From: Nitrosopumilus sp.
GTDB lineage: Archaea; Thermoproteota; Nitrososphaeria; Nitrososphaerales; Nitrosopumilaceae
NCBI GenBank assembly: GCA_965249555.1
Contig: OZ252243.1
Location: 1,888,001-1,952,000, forward strand
Direction: 5' to 3'
Length of the DNA: 64,000 nt
Below the pieces are notes generated by a model. The model was given only the letters and a program-made list of their open reading frames with translations, did no database searches and was not told the origin of the DNA. The translations under genes were made by a program, and so were the position numbers. Shown here piece by piece: positions 1-10,439 of this stretch (within the stretch, counting starts at the first letter, position 1; the number at the start of each line of letters is the position of its first letter).

Positions 1-56
1 TTGCAATAGTTTTGTTTGCACTACGCGGAAAAGGACATCCTGAACCCCTAGAGTAA
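1..56 (+). CDS. 3' end of a gene entering the window (…AIVLFALRGKGHPEPLE*)
   Basis: Open frame ending at TAA 54-56, hydrophobic stretch. Confidence 0.5.
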   Translation, partial: AIVLFALRGKGHPEPLE

Positions 57-67
57 CGTAAATCCTG

Positions 68-181
68 ATGGAACTCCAAGAATGCACTTGCATGTGTGGT
101 TGCAAAAGACTCGATTTGGAGAATATTTGTTGCACGTGCCGAGCAGATTTATGTAAAATGATTCCTAGATTTATTAAATAA
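68..181 (+). CDS. 37-aa Cys-rich (metallothionein-like) peptide
   Basis: Manual translation MELQECTCMCGCKRLDLENICCTCRADLCKMIPRFIK, 8 Cys; below ORF-track cutoff. Confidence 0.5.
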   Translation: MELQECTCMCGCKRLDLENICCTCRADLCKMIPRFIK

Positions 182-274
182 AATTCTCAAATGTATATGA
201 TATCTAGATCCAAGTATTGGATGGTTATTGTATAATGATCGCTGATTTAATAACCAATTTTTTACATATCAAGA

Positions 275-856
275 ATGTCAAATCAAGTATTGATGCATGC
301 ATTTGATAATCATTCTTCAAAAAAACTCATTAATGTTAACAAAATATTATCAGATATTGTGAGTGACAAAATAGATGAGATGTTGGCAGAAGCCTTTGAG
401 TACGCAGAAGATGAAAATTATTCTGATGCACTAATACTTTATAATTTAGCACTCAAAAAAGAGCCTGATAATGTTAATGCACTTGTTAACAAAGGGGCAA
501 CTCTACAAAATATGGGAAGACTAAAACTTGCCATTCGCTCATATGACCATGCACTTGATATCTCTCCTGATAATCTTGATGCCCTACTTAACAAAGGAGC
601 AACACTTCATTCAGATCAAAAATATCAAAAAGCAATAGAGTGTTATAATGAGGCTTTGAGGATTGACAAAAAATGTACAATGGCACTTGCATACAAGGGG
701 CTTTCATTAGGTGAGATGGGACAACTGCAAGATGCAATAAAACATTTCAAAAAAGCATTATCAATTGATCATCATTATGATCTAGCAAGTATCTCTAAGG
801 ACGTTGCTCAAGAACTGCTAAAATCAATCACAGAAAATAAAATTAAAACACAGTAA
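275..856 (+). CDS. Tetratricopeptide repeat protein (start may be GTG 359)
   Basis: Repeated ALxNKG..L...A...YxxAL TPR units. Confidence 0.9.
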   Translation: MSNQVLMHAFDNHSSKKLINVNKILSDIVSDKIDEMLAEAFEYAEDENYSDALILYNLALKKEPDNVNALVNKGATLQNMGRLKLAIRSYDHALDISPDNLDALLNKGATLHSDQKYQKAIECYNEALRIDKKCTMALAYKGLSLGEMGQLQDAIKHFKKALSIDHHYDLASISKDVAQELLKSITENKIKTQ

Positions 857-1016
857 CATCGCCTGGTGCTGGCTCTCTGGAACCCTGCTTTTCATTTGAT
901 TCAAAAAAGTCTTTGTGTTCTATATTTTGATGATCCCTGAGTTTTTCTATATTTTCAAAACCCTCATGGCACAAGTAGCATTTTGGCTTGTGTTCATCAA
1001 CTAGAGGCAGTACCAT
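843..1016 (-). CDS. 57-aa C2H2 zinc-finger protein
   Basis: Manual translation MVLPLVDEHKPKCYLCHEGFENIEKLRDHQNIEHK…; C-x2-C-x12-H-x4-H. Confidence 0.75.
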   Translation of the reverse strand: MVLPLVDEHKPKCYLCHEGFENIEKLRDHQNIEHKDFFESNEKQGSREPAPGDVTVF

Positions 1017-1090
1017 AATAGTAATAGTATGGCTGACTACTTATTTCTTGAGACTAGAAGGAATATATCATGATTCACAAATAACACTAC

Positions 1091-2188
1091 ATGCTAGAAC
1101 AACTAGTTGGAGACTCTCAAGCCTTAGATCGAGCTATTGCAGGAGAAGAACTATCCTATAACGATGGCCTTGAATTGATGGATTATGACAATTTACATCT
1201 ACTTGGAGCAGTTGCAGACGCTACAAGAAAAAAACTAGTTGGTGATACTGTTACTTTTGCAGCGTCATACTACATGAATTACACAAATGTTTGCGCCGCT
1301 AGCTGTCAGATGTGTGCATTTTATCGTAAAGACGGAGCAGATGATGCATACACCCTAACTCCACAAGAAATCGAACAAAGAGTTGGAATTGCAAAACAGA
1401 TGGGTGCAACTGAAGTTCATATTGTTGGTGGGTTCCATCCAAAACTTCCACTGGAATACTATGAAGATATGATGAAAACTATCAAAAAGAATCACCCACA
1501 ACTTAACATCAAAGCATTAACTGCAGCTGAGATTTTTTATTTATCAAAACTAACAAAAAATTCTACAAAAGAAATTTTATCTCGTTTAAAAGATGCCGGA
1601 CTTGATTCTATGCCCGGTGGAGGAGCAGAACTATTTCACCCAGAAATCCGAAACAAGATTGTTAGAGGAAAATGTTCAGGACAAGAATGGCTTGATGTAA
1701 TTGAAGAGGCACACAATATGGGAATTAAAAGTAATGTTACAATGCTTTATGGTCACATAGAAAAACCAGAACATGTAATTGATCATCTCATAAAGATTCG
1801 AGAACTTCAAAAAAAGACTTGTGGTTTTCTTACATTGATTCCATTGAAATTTAGTTTAGATAATACTGAACTTGAACAAGAACATCTGGTAAATAACGAA
1901 TGTTCATCTGTATATGATTTGAAAATAATTGAAGTATCAAGACTCATGCTTGCAAATGTGTTAAACAACATCTCAGTTTACTGGGTAGCGTACGGCAAGA
2001 AATTGGCACAAGTTGCATTATCTAATGGAGGAAGTGACTTGGTAGGAACTGCATTTTCTGAAGAAATTTATCGTGCTGCAGGAAAACCAACTGCATCATC
2101 TGTTGAAGAACTTGCAACAATGGTAAAAGAGATTGGACGAACTCCAGCTCAGAGAAACACTCACTTTGAAATCTTAAAAAAATTCTAA
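1091..2188 (+). CDS. mqnE: Radical SAM CofH/MqnC/MqnE family, probably aminofutalosine synthase
   Basis: NYTNVCAASCQMCAF CxxxCxxC, HIVGGFHP, SMPGGGAE; mqnD nearby. Confidence 0.75.
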   Translation: MLEQLVGDSQALDRAIAGEELSYNDGLELMDYDNLHLLGAVADATRKKLVGDTVTFAASYYMNYTNVCAASCQMCAFYRKDGADDAYTLTPQEIEQRVGIAKQMGATEVHIVGGFHPKLPLEYYEDMMKTIKKNHPQLNIKALTAAEIFYLSKLTKNSTKEILSRLKDAGLDSMPGGGAELFHPEIRNKIVRGKCSGQEWLDVIEEAHNMGIKSNVTMLYGHIEKPEHVIDHLIKIRELQKKTCGFLTLIPLKFSLDNTELEQEHLVNNECSSVYDLKIIEVSRLMLANVLNNISVYWVAYGKKLAQVALSNGGSDLVGTAFSEEIYRAAGKPTASSVEELATMVKEIGRTPAQRNTHFEILKKF

Positions 2189-2490
2189 CTCAAATGTTTT
2201 TTGATAGATTCTATTTTTTCTTCCATTTTGACATGTTTGTCTCGTCTTGAATCAATTTTGATTATAACTTCCACTCTATCAATTCCTAAATTATGAACTG
2301 TCTCCATCATTGTTTTTGATGCCTTGTAGATAACATCAATACTATCTGATTCCAAAACTGTTCCCATTGAATTAATTTCATATCTAAGATTCTCTGTGTT
2401 TTGAATTGATTCTATTGCCTTTGCAATGTAAAAACTGGCACTGGTAGTTCTTGTTGCAATGGGATATATGCTAATCTCAGCTTGAATCAA
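2185..2490 (-). CDS. Thiamine-binding protein (MTH1187/YkoF family)
   Basis: AEISIYP…MGTVLE…IKIDSRRDK pattern. Confidence 0.85.
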   Translation of the reverse strand: MIQAEISIYPIATRTTSASFYIAKAIESIQNTENLRYEINSMGTVLESDSIDVIYKASKTMMETVHNLGIDRVEVIIKIDSRRDKHVKMEEKIESIKKHLS

Positions 2491-2527
2491 TAGTATTAAT
2501 TGACAATTTAAGATTAAAAAGTTTGAA

Positions 2528-2806
2528 TCATTCTACAGGCTTTTTTTCTTCTTTTTTTACACTATCTTTTTTCCTTCTGGCTCCAAAACTAATTAGCACT
2601 AGTAAAAATCCAACCCCAATTAGTATTCCAGATAATGTATTGTAATCTTTGATTTCTTGCTGTACTGTCATCAAGTCAATTACCTCTTCTTCAGTCATTC
2701 CTACGTGACCCGTTGGCATTGTGGCACTGATATTTACAGTAAGTATTATCCCTACAATTACCATTGCAAGACCGCCTGTCAATATTTTTTTGTTAACAAG
2801 AACCAA
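2528..2806 (-). CDS. Small two-TM membrane protein
   Basis: Two hydrophobic helices, basic tail. Confidence 0.7.
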   Translation of the reverse strand: MVLVNKKILTGGLAMVIVGIILTVNISATMPTGHVGMTEEEVIDLMTVQQEIKDYNTLSGILIGVGFLLVLISFGARRKKDSVKKEEKKPVE

Positions 2807-2921
2807 TTCTTACTCTGTTTGAATTTCATCATATATTATCTATTTTCTTATCTGAGATGCCTGAATTCAATAGTACAATACTCGGTTTAAATTAGCGATA
2901 AGAGTAAATTTACTAGTTTAC

Positions 2922-3836
2922 ATGGTAACTTTCAAATCAAATTCTAATTGTCAACGTTGTGGAAAAAACTCTTTACTGACTGATGAAGATACGGGAGAGC
3001 AATTTTGTGAAAAATGCGGTTTTGTAATCTCTGAAAAAGTAGAATCATCAGGTCCAGAATGGCGATCATTTCAAAAAGATGGGGGGTCAGATCCTGCAAG
3101 AACTGGTGCGCCATCATCACTTACGATACATGATATGGGCCTATCTACAGTTATCAATCCTCAAAATAGAGATGCAACTGGAAAGCCACTTACTGCTTCA
3201 ATGAAAAGTACCATTGAAAGACTCAGAACTTGGGATAGTAGAAGTCAAGTTCATCAACCCGTTGATAGAAATTTGAGACAAGCACTTAGTGAATTAAACA
3301 AGCTAAAAGACAAGGTTGCAATTTCTGCAAACGTCCTTGAAAAAGCTGCTTATCTATACAGAAAAGCATTGGAGAAAAAACTAGTTCGTGGAAGATCAAT
3401 TTCTGCAATGATTGCAGCATCACTTTATGCTGCTTGTAGAGATACTGAAACTCCTAGAACTCTCAAAGACGTTGCTGATGCCGCTAATGTTAAACGAAAA
3501 GATATTGCAAGATGTTATCGATTACTACATCATGAATTAGAACTAAAGATGCCTGTCGTTGATTCAATTCAATGTATTGCAAGAATTTCAAGTAAACTAG
3601 AGATCTCAGAAAAAACAAAACGATATGCAATCAAAGTATTACAAGAAGCACAAGAACGTAAAGAGTCAGCTGGAAAGGATCCTATGGGACTTGCCGCAAC
3701 TGCATTATACTTGTCTTGTGTTCAAAACGGAGTATCTATCACTCAACGAGACCTTGCAGAAGCTGCAGGTGTTACAGAAGTTACCATCCGAAATCGATAC
3801 AAGGGATTAAAGGCAGCACAATCATCAAAACCATAA
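2922..3836 (+). CDS. tfb: Transcription initiation factor IIB
   Basis: N-terminal Zn ribbon, GPEWRSF, two cyclin repeats, GVTEVTIRNRY. Confidence 0.97.
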   Translation: MVTFKSNSNCQRCGKNSLLTDEDTGEQFCEKCGFVISEKVESSGPEWRSFQKDGGSDPARTGAPSSLTIHDMGLSTVINPQNRDATGKPLTASMKSTIERLRTWDSRSQVHQPVDRNLRQALSELNKLKDKVAISANVLEKAAYLYRKALEKKLVRGRSISAMIAASLYAACRDTETPRTLKDVADAANVKRKDIARCYRLLHHELELKMPVVDSIQCIARISSKLEISEKTKRYAIKVLQEAQERKESAGKDPMGLAATALYLSCVQNGVSITQRDLAEAAGVTEVTIRNRYKGLKAAQSSKP

Positions 3837-3871
3837 TTTTGATGTTATTGTTTTAAGAACACAAAAAGAAT

Positions 3872-4210
3872 TTAGAATCTACTTAGAATATCTATAGTGT
3901 TAATTTGATCTTGATGATCTGCTAAATAGTATAATACTCCATCCGAATCAATTTCAATCCATTCAGATTCTCCTTTGTAGTTTACAATATCTTCAAAAAA
4001 AGCATCATTAACACCAGTTAGTCGTAATAATGCTTTTTCATCTTTGAATTTTATTGGCAGTTTGATTAACTTCTCTCTCAACACACTCTGGCCTTGAATA
4101 TTGATCTTATAGTCTTCATTGTTTATCTCAGCAGTTCCAAAAAAATGGTTTGGAAACATATCTAATTTTTTTATCTTGATTGAGATAGTTCTTTTCAACT
4201 TATCATCCAT
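3872..4210 (-). CDS. Hypothetical protein
   Basis: 112-aa ORF with host-like composition. Confidence 0.65.
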   Translation of the reverse strand: MDDKLKRTISIKIKKLDMFPNHFFGTAEINNEDYKINIQGQSVLREKLIKLPIKFKDEKALLRLTGVNDAFFEDIVNYKGESEWIEIDSDGVLYYLADHQDQINTIDILSRF

Positions 4211-4342
4211 GTTTTTTCTATGGTTTTCTTGTATTTCTAAATTTTTTAACGCCCAAAGAGTTTTGAATTATTTTTGAGAATAATACAAATTGAAAAAAAG
4301 GAGATAAACTATTTAGATTAAAAAACTCTAAACAAATTTAGC

Positions 4343-4486
4343 TTAAGTTTTTGGTCCATCAGATCGATGTTTTGTTAAACATTCTTTACAATACACTGGT
4401 CTGTCTGTTGCTGGCTCAAAAGGTACCTCTGCATCTGTTCCACAATCAGAACATTTGATTGGATACATTTTTCGTTCTTCTGACAT
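4343..4486 (-). CDS. CxxC-x17-CxxC zinc-ribbon protein
   Basis: CSDCG…VPFEP…RPVYCKEC. Confidence 0.85.
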   Translation of the reverse strand: MSEERKMYPIKCSDCGTDAEVPFEPATDRPVYCKECLTKHRSDGPKT

Positions 4487-4584
4487 GATTTCAGACAGTT
4501 TTCCCATAATAAGAACCAAGGACATTTTCTATTTGAAATCTCAAATTTATCCTTGATTTAATCAAATCTCTGATATTTTGGATT

Positions 4585-4875
4585 CTAAAATCCTTCTGGA
4601 GGTTTCTGAACAAAGACATTGCAAACAAGCGCATCTGTTTTTGTATCTCTATATTGAACATTACATGATACAAATTTCCCTTTTAATGCACGTTCCAAGT
4701 CTTCTCTTGTCTTTTCTTCATATTGTGGATTATTAGGATCATCTATTTTCCCAATGATTATTTTCTCAGTTTTTCCATACTCTTCTTGATTGTCTTTTCT
4801 TGTATGACTTACCAATAACTCAAATGCATTATTTGTTAAAATTCCAATTACTGCGCCACCAATTCCGTCTCCCAT
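4585..4875 (-). CDS. Hypothetical protein (possible thermonuclease-like OB fold)
   Basis: 96-aa ORF; LERALKGKFVSC…YRD pattern weakly SNase-like. Confidence 0.6.
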   Translation of the reverse strand: MGDGIGGAVIGILTNNAFELLVSHTRKDNQEEYGKTEKIIIGKIDDPNNPQYEEKTREDLERALKGKFVSCNVQYRDTKTDALVCNVFVQKPPEGF

Positions 4876-4902
4876 CGTTTGTAAAATTTTTTTGTTCTAT
4901 AA

Positions 4903-5730
4903 TTACTTGGTGGCGATACTTATCTCAAAGTCTGGAACTAAATTCTTTTCTTTTGCCATCTCGAATAGCTTTCTAATTGACTCTTCCCCCGAATCTCCCA
5001 TATTGACTGTAACCTCATTGACATACATTTTTACAAATTTTTCAATCAAGTCACGTGGTTTTCCTCTGGAATACTGCATTGCATATTCTAATGCATCTTC
5101 TATATTCTCTAATCCAAACTCAATTGATGCCTGAAGATGCTTGTCAAATTTACAGATTGTCTCCATTCCTAGGTCTGTTTTCATTACGTTGATTCCAAGT
5201 GGCACTGGCAATCCATTTGTTTTCTTATCCCACCATTCTCCAACATCTAAAATTTTGATATTCCCTTCTTGTTCATATGATAATTGGGTCTCATGAATTA
5301 CAAGTCCTACATCGACTTTACCATTTTTGATAGCTTCTGGAATATCACTAAAATTCATCTCTACATAATCAAATTTTCCAATCATCAATTGGAGTAGTAA
5401 AAATGCTGATGTCATCTTTCCTGGAATTGCAATCTTGCATTTTTTTATCTCGTCAATTGTCATCTGTTGTTTTGCCGTAACTATAGGACCATACCCAATT
5501 CCAAAACTTCCACCACTCCTCAAAATTGTATATCCTGGAATGTATGCACAGGCATGAACTGAAACTGCAGTAACGTCAAGCTGCGGATCAGTTGCCTTAC
5601 GATTTAATTTCTCAATATCTTCAATTACATGATTTACTTTAAAGTCTGGAGATGGTACCTTACCCGTAAACATCCCATAAAACATGAATGCATCATCTGA
5701 ATCTGGAGTGTGTCCTACAGAAATTTCCAT
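4903..5730 (-). CDS. mqnD: 1,4-dihydroxy-6-naphthoate synthase
   Basis: GHTPDSDDAFMFY, GYGP, IPGKMTSA, LVIHE, PVPLG, MYVN motifs. Confidence 0.9.
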   Translation of the reverse strand: MEISVGHTPDSDDAFMFYGMFTGKVPSPDFKVNHVIEDIEKLNRKATDPQLDVTAVSVHACAYIPGYTILRSGGSFGIGYGPIVTAKQQMTIDEIKKCKIAIPGKMTSAFLLLQLMIGKFDYVEMNFSDIPEAIKNGKVDVGLVIHETQLSYEQEGNIKILDVGEWWDKKTNGLPVPLGINVMKTDLGMETICKFDKHLQASIEFGLENIEDALEYAMQYSRGKPRDLIEKFVKMYVNEVTVNMGDSGEESIRKLFEMAKEKNLVPDFEISIATK

Positions 5731-5771
5731 GACTGTCTGCTGAATGGTCGTAATAAAAACCAAAACCTGTC

Positions 5772-6719
5772 TTGAATCATTTTTCTAATATACATCCAAA
5801 ACCATTTGCTGTTATGAATACAATTGAGGCATATGAAAAAGACATCCATCTTCAATTGAATTTTTTAAAATCATTTAGAAAACAAAAAGCATTATCTCAT
5901 AATCAACAAAAAAATATCATTTTTTCAGGCAGTGGCGATTCTTTAGCATCTTCAATGCTAGCTGAGTCATTTTCATGTGGAATGGTAAAGGCAATGGATC
6001 CATTAGATTTGTACTATAACAAACAATTAATCGAATCAAAACATGTCTACTTTGTCTCAATATCTGGAAACACCATCACAAACATCAAAGTTGCAAAGAT
6101 TGCAAAAAGAACTACTGCCATTACAGCCAAGCCTAAAAGTAGACTGGCAAAGGCATCTGATGGAATTATTCTCCTTTCCTCTCCAAATAATGGCATTTTT
6201 ACTGCAGGAAGTATCTCCTTTTTGGAAAGCGCGTTAACGTGCATCTCTTTGGTAAAAAAAATAACAATTCCAAAAGACTCTGAACTATTTTTAAAAGCAA
6301 AGACAGATGCAAAAAAAGCTAAAATATCAAAGAGAATTTTCATTCTTGGAAATTTCTTTACATTTCCATTAGCCATGTATTGCGCTGCAAAGTTTTATGA
6401 ACTTCTGGGTTATGATGCACACTATTCTAGAATTGAACAGTTTTCTCATATGGAGTTGTTTTCAATTCAAAAAGGTGACACTGTAATAATCTTTGAGGAA
6501 AAAAACACCCACAACAAACAGCTGGGAAGAAATCTCAAGAAAGTTGGCATCAATGTAGTTCATCCTAATGTATCATCCAAGAAGATATCTCAGATGGTAT
6601 ACTGCATATTCTTTTCTCAACTAGTTACACTTTTTGAGGCAAAAAAGAAAAGAAAAAAAGATTGTCACTTTGTCACTGCAAAAAAAATTCGTAATGTTAG
6701 CAATCAAATGATCTATTGA
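5772..6719 (+). CDS. SIS-domain sugar isomerase (GlmS-like C-terminal domain); start likely 5814
   Basis: GSGDS, SISGNT, EQFSH motifs. Confidence 0.85.
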   Translation: MNHFSNIHPKPFAVMNTIEAYEKDIHLQLNFLKSFRKQKALSHNQQKNIIFSGSGDSLASSMLAESFSCGMVKAMDPLDLYYNKQLIESKHVYFVSISGNTITNIKVAKIAKRTTAITAKPKSRLAKASDGIILLSSPNNGIFTAGSISFLESALTCISLVKKITIPKDSELFLKAKTDAKKAKISKRIFILGNFFTFPLAMYCAAKFYELLGYDAHYSRIEQFSHMELFSIQKGDTVIIFEEKNTHNKQLGRNLKKVGINVVHPNVSSKKISQMVYCIFFSQLVTLFEAKKKRKKDCHFVTAKKIRNVSNQMIY

Positions 6720-6767
6720 TCTTTTGTAAGGCTAAGGTTTAATAGCTGATTACTAGGGTCTGCGAAT

Positions 6768-8960
6768 ATGGTAAAATACAAGTCAACAGGTGAAGTTCTT
6801 AAAATTATCAAGAACAAAGACCAAATCCGTAATTTTGGTGTTATTGCTCACGTTGATCATGGTAAGACTACTATGAGTGATAGTCTCTTGGCATACTCTG
6901 GTATTATTGCTCCATCTGCTGCAGGTAAAGCTTTGGCAATGGACTTTGATAAAGAAGAGCAAGCAAGAGGAATTACAATTTATCAGGCAAATGTTACTTT
7001 ACACTTTACTCAAAAAGACAAAGAATATGTCATTAACATGATTGATACACCTGGACACGTAGACTTTAGTGGAAGGGTAATTCGTAGTCTTAGAGCAATT
7101 GATGGTGCAGTAGTAGTGTGTGATGCAGTAGAAGGCATTATGACTCAAACTGAGACTGTAACTAGGATGGCACTTGAAGAGAGAGTAAGGCCAGTTTTAT
7201 TTATCAACAAAGTTGATAGACTCATCAAAGAACTCAGGTTGACTCCTGAGAAGATGCAGCAGCAACTAGCAGAAGTTGTTTCAAACTTTAATCAACTAAT
7301 TGACACATATGCAGAACCTGAATACAAAGAAAAATGGAAAGTATCCATTCAAGATGCAAGCGTTACATTTGGTTCTGCAAAAGACAGATGGGCAATTAAT
7401 ATTGATTTAATGAAAGAGAAAGGACTTACATTCAAAGATGTTATTGATGCTTATCAAAATGAAAAAGTTTCAGACCTTGTAGAAAAGGCACCGCTAGCTG
7501 AGGCCATACTTGGAATGGTTGTAAAACATCATCCCTCACCACATGTTGCAGTAAAATATAGAATCCCACAAATCTGGAAAGGCGATTTAGATTCTGATGT
7601 TGGAAAGGCATTACTTGCTTGTAGTGATGATGGCCCAACAATTATGATGGTTGTAAATATGGTATTAGATCCTGCAGCAGGACCTGTTGCAATTGGTAGA
7701 TTATTTTCTGGTACAATCAAAGATGGACAAACCATTAACATAATTGATGAGAAAAGAGAAGGAAGAATTCAATCTGTAAACTTTTTCATGGGAAACCAAA
7801 GAGAACAAGTAGGCGAACTTGGAGCAGGAAACATTCCTGCATTATTAGGATTGAATGATTGTAGAGCAGGAAACACTCTATCTTCTGTCAAAGGCATTCA
7901 AATGTTTGAAGGAGTGAAATATGTTTCAGAACCTGTAGTTCAAATTGCAATTGAGCCTAAACATCCTAAAGATTTACCTAAACTAGTTGACTTTCTAAAA
8001 CAACTAACAATTGAAGACCCTAATCTTATCGTAAAAATTGATCAGGAAAGTGGTGAGACTATTATTGCAGGAATGGGTGTATTGCACCTTGATGTTGCTG
8101 TCCATCGTATACAAGATACCAAAATTGAGATTATAACCTCTGAGCCTCTAATTAACTATAGGGAGACTGTAAAGGGTCCATGCGAGCCAATCATGTCAAA
8201 GTCACCTAACAGACATAACAAGATCTTCATGAAAGTAGAACCATTAGAGCCAGAGATTGCAAACATGCTTCGAACTGGAGAAATCAGTGACATGAAAGAC
8301 AAAAAGTTTGTTGCAGACAAGCTAAAGGAGGCAGGATGGGATACTGATACAATTAAGAGAATAATGAAACTTGATTCACGTGGAAATGTTTTGATTAATG
8401 GAACAAAAGGTGTCCAGTTTGTTCAAGAATCGACTGATTCTATTAACACTGGTTTTGATGAAGTAATGAAAGAAGGTCCTCTTTGTAGAGAACAGATGAG
8501 GGATTGCAAGTTTATCTTTACTCACTTTGTTCCACACGAAGATACTGCTCATAGAGGTCTGTCTCAATTAGGTCCGGCTTCTCGTAGAGCATGTATGGGT
8601 GCATTAATGACTGCTGGTACTACTGTTTTAGAGCCAACTTTAGCTATTGAGGTTCGTGTTCCAACTGATTTGGTTGGAAATGTTGCAACTGTTCTTTCTG
8701 GTAAACGTGGTAAAGTACTTGACATGTCACAAAAAGGTGCATCAAGTATTGTAATAGGTGAGATTCCAGCTTCTGAAACATTCACTTTATCTGAAGCAAT
8801 GAGAGGTCAAACTGCAGGACGTGCAACATGGAATACATCATTTAAGGCATGGACTGAAGTTCCAAAATCATTGTTTCAAGAAGCAATATCTGATATTAGA
8901 AAGAGAAAAGGATTGGCTCCAGATCCGCCACGAATAACAGACTTTATCGACAAAGATTAA
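6768..8960 (+). CDS. fusA: Elongation factor EF-2
   Basis: AHVDHGKTT, DTPGHVDF, NKVD; diphthamide-site HRG. Confidence 0.99.
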   Translation: MVKYKSTGEVLKIIKNKDQIRNFGVIAHVDHGKTTMSDSLLAYSGIIAPSAAGKALAMDFDKEEQARGITIYQANVTLHFTQKDKEYVINMIDTPGHVDFSGRVIRSLRAIDGAVVVCDAVEGIMTQTETVTRMALEERVRPVLFINKVDRLIKELRLTPEKMQQQLAEVVSNFNQLIDTYAEPEYKEKWKVSIQDASVTFGSAKDRWAINIDLMKEKGLTFKDVIDAYQNEKVSDLVEKAPLAEAILGMVVKHHPSPHVAVKYRIPQIWKGDLDSDVGKALLACSDDGPTIMMVVNMVLDPAAGPVAIGRLFSGTIKDGQTINIIDEKREGRIQSVNFFMGNQREQVGELGAGNIPALLGLNDCRAGNTLSSVKGIQMFEGVKYVSEPVVQIAIEPKHPKDLPKLVDFLKQLTIEDPNLIVKIDQESGETIIAGMGVLHLDVAVHRIQDTKIEIITSEPLINYRETVKGPCEPIMSKSPNRHNKIFMKVEPLEPEIANMLRTGEISDMKDKKFVADKLKEAGWDTDTIKRIMKLDSRGNVLINGTKGVQFVQESTDSINTGFDEVMKEGPLCREQMRDCKFIFTHFVPHEDTAHRGLSQLGPASRRACMGALMTAGTTVLEPTLAIEVRVPTDLVGNVATVLSGKRGKVLDMSQKGASSIVIGEIPASETFTLSEAMRGQTAGRATWNTSFKAWTEVPKSLFQEAISDIRKRKGLAPDPPRITDFIDKD

Positions 8961-9300
8961 AAATAATTCATGGGATTTTGAGAATCTCTCATCTACTCCC
9001 ACGAAGTGTGTTAGGTGTTTTGTCTTGCAAAATTTGTATTTAATACTGATGAACGATTTCTCAGTCTTCGAAGAGGTTGTGCATAGCCAAATTTCTCTTA
9101 GATGTCAAATATTTGTACAATCAAAATATTACTCTAAACTTGATGTATACGATGAGAACTAGAAAATTCAATTAGATGCTAATCTTGCAGATCTTAACAT
9201 GATTTAGTTACTGTGTCCTTATCTCTGAGAAATTCTAGGCTAACTTCACTTCTCTTGTTTTTGAAATAGCGATACTGATTAATAGTTGACCTGTATATAA

Positions 9301-9312
9301 TAGGTCGACCTA
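9301..9312. promoter_or_regulatory. Perfect 12-bp palindrome TAGGTCGACCTA between TATA-like TATATAA (9294-9300) and ATG 9319; putative operator
   Basis: Seen directly; degenerate second copy AGTTGACCT at 9284-9292. Confidence 0.4.
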
Positions 9313-9318
9313 GTTATA

Positions 9319-9897
9319 ATGAGTCAATACAAGCCTAATTTAGAAACGTATGAGCGTGAAAGGGTTGTACTGGAGAGTATCAAAACCAATCCAAATTTAC
9401 ATCATAATGCATTGCTCAAACTCATTGTACCAGAGTTTATGGCAAAAACAACATTTGAGAAGACAAGAGATTCTTTACTTGAAAAAGAAATCATCGTAGT
9501 ACAGACTAAAGGGAACATGAAGTTTTATCATCCTGCTGAAAACTATGAACAAAAATCACAACAACACATTGAACGTAACACAAACAACTCTTTTCATGAT
9601 TTGAAATTACAAATAAAAAAACTGGATGCCGATTATAGACATAAGGATGTAGATGAGAAGATAATTATTGCAAATTCCCTTCTAATAAATTTGTTAGAAA
9701 CAGACAATGGATTTACTATTTTGGATTCAACAAAAAATCCAAAAAAGACATTGTATAGAGATGAACATCTAACAATTCAGCAGCTAATCCATCAAATCTT
9801 TGAGATGATACGACACGACAGGGACTTTGAGATAATTTTTCCAACAATTGTAAGTTATTTGGAAATCATGATGCCAAAAGACTCATTGAATAAATAA
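9319..9897 (+). CDS. Hypothetical protein with N-terminal winged-helix-like domain
   Basis: wHTH-like pattern; architecture resembles 16701-17267. Confidence 0.65.
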   Translation: MSQYKPNLETYERERVVLESIKTNPNLHHNALLKLIVPEFMAKTTFEKTRDSLLEKEIIVVQTKGNMKFYHPAENYEQKSQQHIERNTNNSFHDLKLQIKKLDADYRHKDVDEKIIIANSLLINLLETDNGFTILDSTKNPKKTLYRDEHLTIQQLIHQIFEMIRHDRDFEIIFPTIVSYLEIMMPKDSLNK

Positions 9898-9941
9898 CAT
9901 TTCATCTAATTATTTATTCAGGTATATTTTATCACTAATTT

Positions 9942-10169
9942 ATGGGATTGCTATATACAAAATTTCATATGTACTTTGATGAAGAAGAGTGGAATCAAAT
10001 TTCAAACAATCCAATAGTTTTTCAAACAACCAAAAATGGTGTGACTTTAGAGATAGAGGACACATCACACAAATCATACAAACTACATTTCAAAGAAGGT
10101 GGAAAACTTGGGATGTTCAGAGTTACCGGACAATTTCGACTTATTTGGGATGATGAGGATATTCTCTAA
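9942..10169 (+). CDS. Hypothetical protein
   Basis: 75-aa ORF in co-oriented cluster. Confidence 0.65.
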   Translation: MGLLYTKFHMYFDEEEWNQISNNPIVFQTTKNGVTLEIEDTSHKSYKLHFKEGGKLGMFRVTGQFRLIWDDEDIL

Positions 10170-10206
10170 TTTAACCAAATAATAATGGGATTTCTCAAAG
10201 AATTTT

Positions 10207-10437
10207 GTGTCTTTAGAAGATCGAATTAAACAGACTTTGAATGATTTTGATAACACTTCAACAGAGACAATTTTTGAAATTCTAAATCAGATAAAACCTC
10301 AATTCAAAAGTGAATTAATCTCAGAATACCTTCAAGGAAAAATCCAAAAAATTTCAGAGGTAAATGATGAGGCTGAAAAGAAGAAACAGTGTAAGGCATT
10401 AACCCCGTATTTTGACTGGTATCTGCAAGGCTTGTAA
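10207..10437 (+). CDS. Hypothetical protein
   Basis: 76-aa ORF. Confidence 0.65.
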   Translation: MSLEDRIKQTLNDFDNTSTETIFEILNQIKPQFKSELISEYLQGKIQKISEVNDEAEKKKQCKALTPYFDWYLQGL

Positions 10438-10439
10438 AA

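Noticed and set aside
1091-2188. F420 biosynthesis CofH
   Set aside because: HIVGG.HP and PGGGAE motifs and nearby mqnD favour futalosine-pathway MqnE.
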